55,859 nt of DNA from an uncultured Gammaproteobacteria bacterium (GTDB taxonomy: Bacteria; Pseudomonadota; Gammaproteobacteria; Natronospirales; JAJUFS01): assembly GCA_964599565.1 (NCBI GenBank), contig CAZRFE010000007.1, forward strand, positions 1 through 55,859. The letters run 5' to 3'. Positions 30,543 to 39,576 of the stretch are shown here, piece after piece. Every line of letters begins with the position of its first letter. Position 1 is the first letter of the stretch. Under the pieces are notes generated by a model. It saw only the letters and a program-made list of their open reading frames with translations. It did no database searches and was not told the origin of the DNA. A program made the translations under genes and the position numbers.

Positions 30543-30889
30543 ACGACCGTGACATCCTGTTCCTGCTGAAACCCGGTTTCGAGGAAAACGGCGAACGCTG
30601 GTTCTGTCCGTACTGCGCGCAGCTTGCGGGCTTTCTCGAATATTTTCCCGCCGCGCGCGCAACGCTTGATGTCCGCGAAGTCGATTTTGCAAGACCGCGC
30701 CGCGAGATCGTCGAACTGATCGGCGAGGAATGGCAGAGCTGCCCGGTGCTGGTGCTCGCGGCGGATTCAAGGGTTCCGGAAGAACTCGAAGGCGATGTCG
30801 TCACATCACGCGGCCGGCGCGCGATCAGCGCGACGAAAGCCATCCTGCGCTATCTCGCCGTCAGCCGCGGACTGCCGCTGCCGCACTGA
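30539..30889 (+). CDS. DUF3088-like protein
   Basis: LFLLKPGF...[24 protein letters not shown] and terminal PLPH. Overlaps the purC stop. Confidence 0.75.
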   Translation: MNDRDILFLLKPGFEENGERWFCPYCAQLAGFLEYFPAARATLDVREVDFARPRREIVELIGEEWQSCPVLVLAADSRVPEELEGDVVTSRGRRAISATKAILRYLAVSRGLPLPH

Positions 30890-30892
30890 AGC

Positions 30893-31690
30893 TCACGGCG
30901 TTCGTTTCGCCCAGTCCCGGATGCGCGCGTGCAACGCGCGCACGCCGTCGGTGAGCGCCGCAGGGCCGGGCTGCAGGATGATCGATGACTTGATCTCGTG
31001 CAGCTCGCCATCACGCACGGCAGGAATGTCCGCAAAACCTTCGCGCGTCGCCACTTTCTCCGGGCGGAATTTCTTTCCGCACCACGAGCCGAAGATGATG
31101 TCCGGCGCGCGCGCGATGATGTCGCTGCCATCGGCGTGAATGCGGTTCTTCGCCAGCGCCTCGCGCGCATGCTCGGGAAAGATGTCATCGCCGCCTGCGA
31201 TCTCGATCAGTTCCGAGACCCAGCGGATGCCGGAAATCATCGGTTCGTCCCATTCCTCGAAATACACGCGCGGCCGACGCGGCAGTGCGCGCGCGGATTC
31301 ATGGATTTCCTGCAGGCTGTATTCCAGTTCTTCCGCAAGACGGCGCGCCTTGCCCTCGCAGCCGATCATGCCGCCGAGCATGCGGATCATGCGGAAGATT
31401 TCCTCGATGGAGCGATGATTGAACACGTGCACTTCAATGCCGCGGCGAACGAGTTCCGCGGCGATGTCCGCCTGGATGTCGGAGAAGCCGAGCACGAGAT
31501 CGGGTTCAAGCTCGAGGATCTTCCCGATCTTCGCGCTGGTGAACGCGGAAACCTTCGGCTTCTCGCGGCGTGCCTTTGCCGGGCGCACGGTGAAGCCGGA
31601 CACGCCGACGATGCGCCAGTCCTCCTCGAGAAGGTAAAGCGTCTCGGTCGTTTCCTCGGTCAGGCAGACGATGCGTTCGGGGTATTTCAT
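30893..31690 (-). CDS. BtuF/TroA-like helical-backbone binding protein lacking a signal peptide
   Basis: RIVCLTEETTE, PDLVLGFSD, YFEEWDEP, SWCGK and LQPGP. Confidence 0.85.
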   Translation of the reverse strand: MKYPERIVCLTEETTETLYLLEEDWRIVGVSGFTVRPAKARREKPKVSAFTSAKIGKILELEPDLVLGFSDIQADIAAELVRRGIEVHVFNHRSIEEIFRMIRMLGGMIGCEGKARRLAEELEYSLQEIHESARALPRRPRVYFEEWDEPMISGIRWVSELIEIAGGDDIFPEHAREALAKNRIHADGSDIIARAPDIIFGSWCGKKFRPEKVATREGFADIPAVRDGELHEIKSSIILQPGPAALTDGVRALHARIRDWAKRTP

Positions 31691-31708
31691 CGGCGATCCG
31701 GAGCGGTC

Positions 31709-31717
31709 TGTTAGCAT
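31709..31717 (+). promoter_or_regulatory. Extended -10 element 7 nt before the srkA ATG
   Basis: TG-t-TAGCAT in a 34-nt divergent gap with no SD. Confidence 0.5.
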
Positions 31718-31724
31718 CGGGCGC

Positions 31725-32711
31725 ATGGAACGTAACACACATCCCTATGACACGCTGACGCCCGATGTCGTGCTTGATGCCGTGGACAGTTGCGGGTACG
31801 TGACCGACGGGCGCCTGCTCGCGCTCAACAGCTACGAGAACCGCGTCTACCAGGTCGGCATCGAGGAAAGCGCGCCGCTGGTCGCGAAGTTCTACCGGCC
31901 GGCCCGCTGGAGCGAGGCGCAGATTCTCGAGGAACACGCCTTCGCGCTGGAACTCGCCGCGGCGGAAATTCCGGTCGTCGCGCCCCATGTGCTGGAAGGA
32001 CGCACGCTGTTCGAACACGCCGGCTTTCGCTTCGCGCTTTATCCCCGCCGCGGCGGCCGCTCGCCGGAGCCCGGCAACCTTGACCAGCTCGAATGGCTCG
32101 GGCGATTCATCGGACGCATTCATGCCATCGGCGCGACAGACCGCTTCATCGAACGCCCGCGCCTGTCCGTGCAGCAGATGGGCCGCGACAGTGCCGACGT
32201 GCTCGCCGCCGGCGGCTGGCTGCCGGATTACCTGCGCGAGAATTTCCTCGACGCCTGCAAGCGTCTTGTCGACGCCGTCGACGCCGCGTTCGACATCTGC
32301 GCGCCGCAGGCCATCCGGCTGCACGGCGACTGTCATCCCGGCAACATCCTTTGGACGGACGCCGGTCCGCATTTCGTCGATCTCGATGACTGCATCGCCG
32401 GTCCCGCCATCCAGGACATCTGGATGCTGCTCGCAGGGCCACGGCATGAACGGGAAGCGCAGTTGCGACTTTTCCTTTCCGGCTATGAGCAGTTCCGCCT
32501 GTTCGACGCCGCGGAACTCACGCTCATCGAGCCGCTGCGCGCACTGCGCATGATCCACTACATCGCCTGGATCGCGCGGCGCTGGGATGATCCTGCCTTT
32601 CCGCCGGCCTTCCCGTGGTTCGGCACGCCGCGCTACTGGGAAGAGCAACTGAACGATCTGCGCGAGCAGGTCGAGGCACTGGAGGAGCCGGCGCTGCGTT
32701 TGCATCCGTAG
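31725..32711 (+). CDS. srkA: Stress response kinase A (YihE/RdoA)
   Basis: LNSYENRVY, KFYRP.RW, LHGDCHPGN, DLDD and DPAFP.AFPWF. Confidence 0.94.
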   Translation: MERNTHPYDTLTPDVVLDAVDSCGYVTDGRLLALNSYENRVYQVGIEESAPLVAKFYRPARWSEAQILEEHAFALELAAAEIPVVAPHVLEGRTLFEHAGFRFALYPRRGGRSPEPGNLDQLEWLGRFIGRIHAIGATDRFIERPRLSVQQMGRDSADVLAAGGWLPDYLRENFLDACKRLVDAVDAAFDICAPQAIRLHGDCHPGNILWTDAGPHFVDLDDCIAGPAIQDIWMLLAGPRHEREAQLRLFLSGYEQFRLFDAAELTLIEPLRALRMIHYIAWIARRWDDPAFPPAFPWFGTPRYWEEQLNDLREQVEALEEPALRLHP

Positions 32712-32843
32712 AACCCCTCATCGGCATCCCCGTTTGCGCGACCGGAATATTTTTCTCATGCTGGGCGGCGACCACTTGAAAACGTGCGCCAAGCTGCGAT
32801 GATGCGCGCGCCTGCCGCCCGCCCACGGGCACCGAGGTGAGGT

Positions 32844-33965
32844 TTGATCCGATCCGCCACCGTTGCCGATCTCGACCGGCTCGCCGCGCTCGAGGCGCGC
32901 TGCTTCGACAGTGACCGCCTGTCGCGCCGGAGCTTTCGCCGCATGATCACGCAGGCGCACGCGGACCTGCTCGTGCATGAAACGAATGATGTGCTCGAAG
33001 GCTACGCGCTCGTGCTGTATCACAAGGGCACGCATCTCGCGCGCCTTTATTCCATCGCTGTCGATGCCGCCGCACGCGGCCGGGGCATCGGCAGGCTGCT
33101 GCTGACGGCCGCCGAAGCCATGGCGCTGGAGCGCGGCTGCATCACCATGCGGCTCGAGATCCGCAGCGACAACGCCACCGCCGCGAATCTCTATCGCGAT
33201 GCAGGCTATCGCCAGTTCGGCACCTACCTCGACTACTACGAAGACCATGCCGATGCGCTGCGCATGGAGAAATCGCTCGTCAAGCATCTGAAGCCCGACA
33301 TCGCGCGCGTTCCCTACTATCGCCAGACCACGGAATTCACCTGCGGACCCGCCGCGATCATGATGGCGATGAGCGCGCTCGATGCCGCGGTGTCGCTCGA
33401 CCGCCGGCTGGAATTCCGGCTGTGGCGCGAAGCAACGACTATCTTCATGACGGCGGGACACGGCGGCTGCGGACCCTTCGGGCTCGCACTCGCGGCGCAT
33501 CACCGCGGTTTCGGCGTGAAGCTGTGGGTGAACGATCGCGACGCGCTGTTCCTCGACAGCGTGCGCAGCGAGGAAAAGAAGGAAGTCATCCGCCTCGTGC
33601 ACGAGGATTTCTCCGAGGAAATCGAGCAGGCCGGCATTGAAGTGGAGTACCGCGCGGTCACGCTGGAGGAGCTGAAGGCGGAGTTCGATGCTGGCGCGAT
33701 TCCCGTCGTGCTGATCAGTTCGTGGCGCATCTACGGCGAGCGGTTCCCGCACTGGGTCGTCGTCACGGGCTTCGATCAGCGTTTCGTGTACGTGCACGAT
33801 CCCTACGTCGACGTGGAGAAGGACAAGAACCAGCTTGATTCCATGAGCATGCCGATACAGCACGAAGAATTCGCCGGCATGGCGCGCTACGGGCGCAGCG
33901 CGCAACGTGCCGCCATGGTCATACGGCCGCGCGATGACGCGCGGGGAACTCACGACAAAGACTGA
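32844..33965 (+). CDS. RimI-like GNAT acetyltransferase fused to a papain-like (C39-like/DUF3335) peptidase domain
   Basis: GNAT motifs YSIAV...RGRGIG, LEIRSDN..A.NLY...GY and YYEDHADALRM. Peptidase motifs YYRQTTEFTCGPA (Cys), PHWVVVTGFD (His) and HDP (Asp). TTG start after GAGG. Confidence 0.88.
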   Translation: MIRSATVADLDRLAALEARCFDSDRLSRRSFRRMITQAHADLLVHETNDVLEGYALVLYHKGTHLARLYSIAVDAAARGRGIGRLLLTAAEAMALERGCITMRLEIRSDNATAANLYRDAGYRQFGTYLDYYEDHADALRMEKSLVKHLKPDIARVPYYRQTTEFTCGPAAIMMAMSALDAAVSLDRRLEFRLWREATTIFMTAGHGGCGPFGLALAAHHRGFGVKLWVNDRDALFLDSVRSEEKKEVIRLVHEDFSEEIEQAGIEVEYRAVTLEELKAEFDAGAIPVVLISSWRIYGERFPHWVVVTGFDQRFVYVHDPYVDVEKDKNQLDSMSMPIQHEEFAGMARYGRSAQRAAMVIRPRDDARGTHDKD

Positions 33966-33973
33966 CGAGAGCC

Positions 33974-35446
33974 ATGCACGAGCAGCACACGCAACGACAC
34001 CTGATCGTCATCGAGAAAGGCAGCGACTGGAGGCCGGAGTTCCCGGACTATCCCACCGTCACCGCGCGGGAATATCTCTCGAACCCGGACTACGGGCGGC
34101 GCGGCATCACCGTGCTCAACCTGTGCCGCAACTTCGGCTACCTCACCACCGGCTATTACTGCTCGCTGCTCGCCGAAGCGCGCCGCCACCGCATGATTCC
34201 ATCGGTGCGCACGCTGTCCGATCTCACGCGCAAGTCCGTCTACAGCCTCGATGCCGAGGATCTCGATGACCGCGTGCAGAAGGCGCTGCGCGGCGAACAC
34301 ACGACGAAGTTCGAGATCCTGCTTTACTTCGGCCGCCAGGACGACCCGCGGCTCACCGAGATCGCGCGCCAGATCTTCGATGCCTTCCCCTGCCCCATCC
34401 TGCGCGTGGAGTTTCGCCGCGAAGGCCGCTGGACGCTCAACCGCGTGCGGCCCGGGAACCTTGCACACCTGAAAGGCGAGCAGCGCGCAGCGTTCATCAA
34501 CGCGCTGGAGGCGTATCTCAGCAAGCCGTGGCGCGCGCGCAAGAGCCGCGGCGCGAGCCGCTACGATCTCGCGATCCTCTACAACAACGACGATCCCATG
34601 CCGCCGTCGGACAAGAAGGCGCTGAAGAACTTCGAGCGCGTCGGCAAGACGATGGGTTTCGACATCGACATCATCGGCCCGAAGGATTACGCCCGCGTCG
34701 CGGAATATGACGCGCTGTTCATCCGCGACACCACGCGCATCAATCACTACACCTATCGTTTTGCCCGCAAGGCGGAAGCGGAAGGCATGGCGGTGATCGA
34801 CGACCCGGTCTCCATCATGCGCTGCACGAACAAGGTCTATCTCGCGGAACTGCTGCGCGCAAACCGGATTCCGCATCCGAAGACGCTGATCCTGCAGGAA
34901 GGCCAGATCGACGCCGCGGAAAAGGAACTGGGTTATCCGATCGTGCTGAAGATTCCGGACGGCTCGTTCTCGAGAGGCGTGTTCAAGGCCGCGAACCGCA
35001 GCGAACTGGAGGAAATCTCCGCCCGCCTGTTCAAGGAATCCGATCTCATCCTTGCGCAGGAATACCTTTATACCGACTACGACTGGCGCATCGGCGTGCT
35101 CAACCGGCAGCCGCTTTATGCATGCCAGTACTTCATGTCGAAGAACCACTGGCAGATCGTGGATCACAAGAGCGGCGGCGGTTACAGCGAAGGCCGCTTC
35201 CGCACGCTGCCCGTGCAGGAGGCGCCGAAGGAAGTCGTGCAGACCGCGCTGAAGGCTGCGAACCTGTTCGGCGACGGTCTGTACGGCGTGGACGTGAAGC
35301 AGAACCAGGGCGGCGTGTACGTCATCGAGGTAAACGACAACCCCAACCTCGAAGCCGGCGTCGAGGACGCATGGCTGAAGGACGACCTTTATCGTGCAAT
35401 ACTCGCGGAGTTCGCGCGCCGCGTGGATGCCAAGCGCGGCGGCTGA
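33974..35446 (+). CDS. RimK-family ATP-grasp ligase with an N-terminal RLAN domain
   Basis: RLAN-like VLNLCR...GYYCSLLAEAR.H..IPS. ATP-grasp motifs CTNKVY, KIPDGSFSRGV, QEY, DWRIGVL, GVDVKQ and IEVNDNPN. Confidence 0.9.
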   Translation: MHEQHTQRHLIVIEKGSDWRPEFPDYPTVTAREYLSNPDYGRRGITVLNLCRNFGYLTTGYYCSLLAEARRHRMIPSVRTLSDLTRKSVYSLDAEDLDDRVQKALRGEHTTKFEILLYFGRQDDPRLTEIARQIFDAFPCPILRVEFRREGRWTLNRVRPGNLAHLKGEQRAAFINALEAYLSKPWRARKSRGASRYDLAILYNNDDPMPPSDKKALKNFERVGKTMGFDIDIIGPKDYARVAEYDALFIRDTTRINHYTYRFARKAEAEGMAVIDDPVSIMRCTNKVYLAELLRANRIPHPKTLILQEGQIDAAEKELGYPIVLKIPDGSFSRGVFKAANRSELEEISARLFKESDLILAQEYLYTDYDWRIGVLNRQPLYACQYFMSKNHWQIVDHKSGGGYSEGRFRTLPVQEAPKEVVQTALKAANLFGDGLYGVDVKQNQGGVYVIEVNDNPNLEAGVEDAWLKDDLYRAILAEFARRVDAKRGG

Positions 35447-35467
35447 AGTTCTTCGGGCGGGGTCACG

Positions 35468-36799
35468 ATGTCGGCTATCAAAGAGGGAATCGCGCGGTTC
35501 GAACGCTTCGTGTGGGAGGGCGATACGGCATCGCTCCCGCACGGCAAGCGCACGCTGACGCGCCTGATGCGCTTTGCGTACGTGCTGGTCCGCGATCTCG
35601 CGGCAGGACAGCTCAACCTGCGCGCCATGAGCCTTGTCTACACCACGCTGCTTTCGCTGGTGCCGCTGCTCGCATTCAGTTTCTCGGTGCTGAAGGGTCT
35701 CGGCGTTCACAACCAGCTTGAGCCGGTGCTTTTCAACGCGCTTTCCTATCTCGGCCCGCGCGGCGACGAACTCGGCCAGCGGATCATGGGCTTCGTCGAC
35801 AACGTGCGCGCCGACGTGCTCGGCTCCATCGGTCTTGCGCTGCTGATCTACCTCGTCATTTCGCTGGTGCAGAAGGTCGAGTCTTCATTCAACTACGTCT
35901 GGCACGTGCAGCAGCCGCGTAGCTTCGCGAAACGCTTCAGCAACTACCTGAGCGTGATTCTCATCGGTCCGCTGCTGATCACCGCCGCGCTCGGCATCAC
36001 CGCCACCGTCTCCAGCAACGAAGTGGTGCGGGACCTTGCCGGCATCGAACCGTTCGGCACGCTGCTGCTGCTGCTTTCGCACCTGCTGCCGTACCTGATC
36101 GTGATCGGCGCATTCACGTTCGTCTACATCTTCGTGCCGAACGCCGACGTGCGCTTGGGCCCCGCGCTGATCGGCGGCATCGTTGCCGGCCTGATCTGGC
36201 AGACGACGGGCTGGATATTCGCGACATTCGTCGCCGGCTCGGCGAAATACGTCGCGATCTACTCGAGCTTCGCGATCGTGCTCACGTTCATGATCTGGCT
36301 CTATCTCAACTGGCTGATCCTGCTTGTCGGCGCGCAGGTCGCGTATTACGTGCAGAACCCCGGTGCTGTCGAGAAGAACAGCGGGCGGCTGACGCTGAGC
36401 GGCCAGCTGCGCGAAATCCTCGCGCTGGAAATCATGTATCTCGTCGCAAGGTCGTTCCTCGAGCGCGGCCGCGCGTGGAACGTCAAGGCGCTCGCGAATC
36501 ACCTGCAGGTTCCCGGCGAGGCGGTTGCGGTGGTGACAGGCCGCCTCGAACGAAACGGCCTGCTGCTGATGACGGATGAATCCGAAGGACGCTTCGTGCC
36601 CGCCACGGACCTTGAGCGCATCACGCTGCTCGACATCCGCGCCGCCGTGCGCCGCGCGGATCCGCTGCTCGATCACGACGAGCGGCGCGTACCCGTCAGC
36701 ACGGCGGTCGCCGAGGCAGCGGAAGATGCGGATGTGTCGGTGCGGGAAAAGCTTGCGGGCCGGACGTTGCGCGATCTCGCGACCGGCGAGAAAAAATAA
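35468..36799 (+). CDS. YihY/BrkB family inner-membrane protein with a C-terminal Rrf2-like winged helix
   Basis: RAMSLVYTTLLSLVPLL, SFNYVW, IYSSFA...WLYLNWLILLVGA, several TM helices, and the C-terminal LANHLQVP...LERNGLL...ITLLDI. Confidence 0.88.
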   Translation: MSAIKEGIARFERFVWEGDTASLPHGKRTLTRLMRFAYVLVRDLAAGQLNLRAMSLVYTTLLSLVPLLAFSFSVLKGLGVHNQLEPVLFNALSYLGPRGDELGQRIMGFVDNVRADVLGSIGLALLIYLVISLVQKVESSFNYVWHVQQPRSFAKRFSNYLSVILIGPLLITAALGITATVSSNEVVRDLAGIEPFGTLLLLLSHLLPYLIVIGAFTFVYIFVPNADVRLGPALIGGIVAGLIWQTTGWIFATFVAGSAKYVAIYSSFAIVLTFMIWLYLNWLILLVGAQVAYYVQNPGAVEKNSGRLTLSGQLREILALEIMYLVARSFLERGRAWNVKALANHLQVPGEAVAVVTGRLERNGLLLMTDESEGRFVPATDLERITLLDIRAAVRRADPLLDHDERRVPVSTAVAEAAEDADVSVREKLAGRTLRDLATGEKK

Positions 36800-36858
36800 G
36801 ACCCGTCCCTGGGACCCGTCGTCCTCGACAGGTGTCCTCGACCCGTGCGCGGGTTCGT

Positions 36859-37110
36859 TCAGATCACGACGTGTTCGTATTCGTACCAGGCATCCGGACG
36901 GCCGTCGCGCAGCGCGGCCAGCATCTGGCGGCGATGCGCGAGCAGGCTTGCGTAGACGCGCTGCATGGCCTGGGCGCGGCTGTCTTCCGGCTCCGCTGCG
37001 TGCCCGATCCGCGTCTCGAAGTAGCGGATGTCGGCGAGCAGGTTGGATTCCGTCACGCCGGCTGCAATGGCGTTGCCGGCGGAGTGGTTGCGCGCGATTT
37101 CCTCGATCAT
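36859..37110 (-). CDS. Hypothetical protein (83 aa)
   Basis: Fills the intergenic gap, has AAGGA upstream and plausible helical composition. Confidence 0.6.
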   Translation of the reverse strand: MIEEIARNHSAGNAIAAGVTESNLLADIRYFETRIGHAAEPEDSRAQAMQRVYASLLAHRRQMLAALRDGRPDAWYEYEHVVI

Positions 37111-37228
37111 CCTGGCAAGTCCTTGTTTCGCGATGTCGTTACCTTAACGATGCACCGCCCCCGGCCACAGCGGTCGAATCGGATATGCTTGTCAGCCTGG
37201 GCTTACAGACGTGGAACGGGAAAATTCC

Positions 37229-38440
37229 ATGAAAAGACATGATGTTGAGATCGCGCTTGCGGATGTGCGGCAGGAATTCGCGGGCCTTGATGGCGACTGG
37301 AGTTGGTTCGACAACGCCGGCGGCAGCTTCACGCTGCAATCGGTGATCCGCCGCGTCACCGAATACATGCAGTCCTCGCCCGTGCAGCTTGGCGCCGGCT
37401 ATCCGCTGTCGCAGCTTGCGGTCGCGCGCCAGTCCGAAGCCGTGCAGAAACTCGCCGCGTTCATCAACGCGCGCGATGCATCGGATCTCGTGCTCGGCGG
37501 CTCGAGCACGGCGCTCACCTGGCAGACAGCGAACGCATTCCGCGCGCTGCTTCGTGAAGGCGATGAAATCATCATCACGGTGATGGACCACGAAGCGAAC
37601 CGCAGCCCGTGGCTTTCGCTGCGTGCGCACGGTGTCGTCGTGCGGACCTGGGAGATCGATCGCAGCGATTTCTCGCTGTCGCTTTCGCACCTCGATGAAC
37701 TGCTGAACGAGCGCACCCGGCTCGTCGCCTTCAGCCAGTGCTCGAACCTTCTCGGCAGGATCGAACCGGTCGCTGACATCACGCGGCGCGTGCACGACGC
37801 CGGCGCGCGCGTGTTCGTCGATGGCGTGGCATACGCACCCCACCGCCGCGTCGACGTGCGCGCACTCGACGTCGATTTCTACGTGTGCAGCCTCTACAAG
37901 ATCTTCGGCCCGCACATCGGCATGCTGTACGGAAAGCGCGACGCACTCATCGAGCTTGGCAACATCAACCACGAATACTTCGGCGCAGACGCATTGCCGC
38001 ACAAGCTGCAGCCGGGCGGTGCAAGCTATGAACTTGCGTGGGGCGCGGGCGGCATCCCGGAATACTTCGATGCGTGGCGGGCACGCGCGGGAGCGGATCC
38101 GTTCGAGATCATTGCGCGGCACGAAGCGGAGCTGGCGCGCCCGCTGCTCGAAATGCTGGACGCGCATCCGGCCGTCACGCTGCTCGGCTCCGCGGATGCC
38201 GATCCGGATTCGCGCCTGCCGATCATCGCGTTTCGTCATGCGAGGAAACAATCTGCGGACATCGCGACCGCGCTTGCCGAGCGGCGGATCGCGGTGAAGC
38301 ACGGCCACTTTCACTCGCGGCGCCTGCTGGAATTTCTCGGCATTCCGCCGGATGACGGCGTCGTGCGCGTTTCATTCGCGCACTACAACACCGCGGAAGA
38401 AGTGCGAAGACTGATCAGCGCGCTGGCGGCAATTCTCTGA
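37229..38440 (+). CDS. Class V PLP enzyme, cysteine desulfurase-like
   Basis: FDNAGGS, DHEAN, VDGVAYAPH, CSLYKIFGPH (PLP Lys) and VRVSFAHYNT. Alternative GTG at 37211. Confidence 0.88.
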   Translation: MKRHDVEIALADVRQEFAGLDGDWSWFDNAGGSFTLQSVIRRVTEYMQSSPVQLGAGYPLSQLAVARQSEAVQKLAAFINARDASDLVLGGSSTALTWQTANAFRALLREGDEIIITVMDHEANRSPWLSLRAHGVVVRTWEIDRSDFSLSLSHLDELLNERTRLVAFSQCSNLLGRIEPVADITRRVHDAGARVFVDGVAYAPHRRVDVRALDVDFYVCSLYKIFGPHIGMLYGKRDALIELGNINHEYFGADALPHKLQPGGASYELAWGAGGIPEYFDAWRARAGADPFEIIARHEAELARPLLEMLDAHPAVTLLGSADADPDSRLPIIAFRHARKQSADIATALAERRIAVKHGHFHSRRLLEFLGIPPDDGVVRVSFAHYNTAEEVRRLISALAAIL

Positions 38441-38463
38441 CAGGAAGGCCATTGATCGAATGC

Positions 38464-38492
38464 AGGAAGGCCGGAAACTTTCCGGCCTTCTT
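38464..38492. terminator. Hairpin or bidirectional terminator between convergent genes
   Basis: GAAGGCCGGAAA/TTTCCGGCCTTC. Confidence 0.65.
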
Positions 38493-38514
38493 GTTGCTTC
38501 CCGCTTTCCACGCG

Positions 38515-39543
38515 TCACTCTTCTTCGTGGTAAATCGCCGTCTGCATCTTTCCGTCCACGTCGATGAAACCGCGATACATGCCCGAGGTGTTGAACGGCA
38601 TCGCGATGTGGCCGTTGGCGTCGATCGCGATCACACCGCCACCGCCACCCATGTTCTTCAGCAGATCCATGACGACGGCATCCGCCGCCTGCTGCACGCT
38701 TTCGCCCTTGAACGCCATGCGTGACGCGATGCTGTGCGCCGCAACGGTGCGGATGAAGTATTCGCCATGCCCCGTCGCGCTGATCGCCGCGGTTGCGTTG
38801 TCCGCGTACGTGCCGGCGCCGATCACCGGCACATCGCCGACACGGCCGTAGCGCTTGTTCGTCATGCCGCCGGTGGATGTCGCCGCGGCGAGGTTGCCCG
38901 CAGCATCCAGCGCGACAGCGCCGACCGTACCGAAGCTCAGCGGATCGAAGCCGCCGAGTGCTGCAACGGCGTCGCCGCAGCCTTCAACATGCTCGCGCGC
39001 CTGCAGGGCCTTCAGCTGTTCCCAGCGTTCCTGCGTGTGAAAGTACGCGGGATCGACCATCTCGATGCCGTGCGCTGCGCCGTAACTCTCCGCACCTTCG
39101 CCGATGAGCAACACGTGCGGCGATTTCTCAAGCACAAGCCGCGCCAGCAGGACGGGATTCTTCGTACGCCGAAGGCCTGCCACGGCGCCGGCGTCGAGCG
39201 TTGCGCCGTTCATGATCGCAGCGTCAAGTTCATTCTTCCCCGCGCAGTTGAACACCGCGCCCTTGCCGGCGTTGAACAGCGGCGAATCTTCCAGTGTCGT
39301 CACGGCCGCCGTCACGGCATTCACGCTGCTGCCGCCCGCGGCAAGCACGGCGTGACCGGCGCGCAATGCCTTCTCCAGCACGATGCGGATTTCGGCTTCG
39401 CGTTCCGCGCTCATTTCATCGCGATTGATCGTGCCCGCGCCGCCGTGCACGGCGATGGCAACCGGCGCGTCCGGCTGCCTGTCGGCCGCAATCGCGGCGA
39501 CGGGAAATGCGGCAAGCAGTACCGCTGCAAGAAATGTCTTCAT
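38515..39543 (-). CDS. iaaA: Isoaspartyl peptidase/L-asparaginase (Ntn hydrolase) with a signal peptide
   Basis: HGGAG, FNAGKG, GTVGAVALD (catalytic Thr), TSTGG, GRVGD and TGHGE. Confidence 0.9.
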   Translation of the reverse strand: MKTFLAAVLLAAFPVAAIAADRQPDAPVAIAVHGGAGTINRDEMSAEREAEIRIVLEKALRAGHAVLAAGGSSVNAVTAAVTTLEDSPLFNAGKGAVFNCAGKNELDAAIMNGATLDAGAVAGLRRTKNPVLLARLVLEKSPHVLLIGEGAESYGAAHGIEMVDPAYFHTQERWEQLKALQAREHVEGCGDAVAALGGFDPLSFGTVGAVALDAAGNLAAATSTGGMTNKRYGRVGDVPVIGAGTYADNATAAISATGHGEYFIRTVAAHSIASRMAFKGESVQQAADAVVMDLLKNMGGGGGVIAIDANGHIAMPFNTSGMYRGFIDVDGKMQTAIYHEEE

Positions 39544-39576
39544 CTTCTTTTCTCCTTGCGCTGCCGCGACGATGCA

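Noticed and set aside
32712-32843. RiPP precursor peptide upstream of the GNAT-peptidase/ATP-grasp pair
   Set aside because: No credible small ORF with an RBS. The gap instead holds promoter-like TTGAAA...TGcGATGAT.
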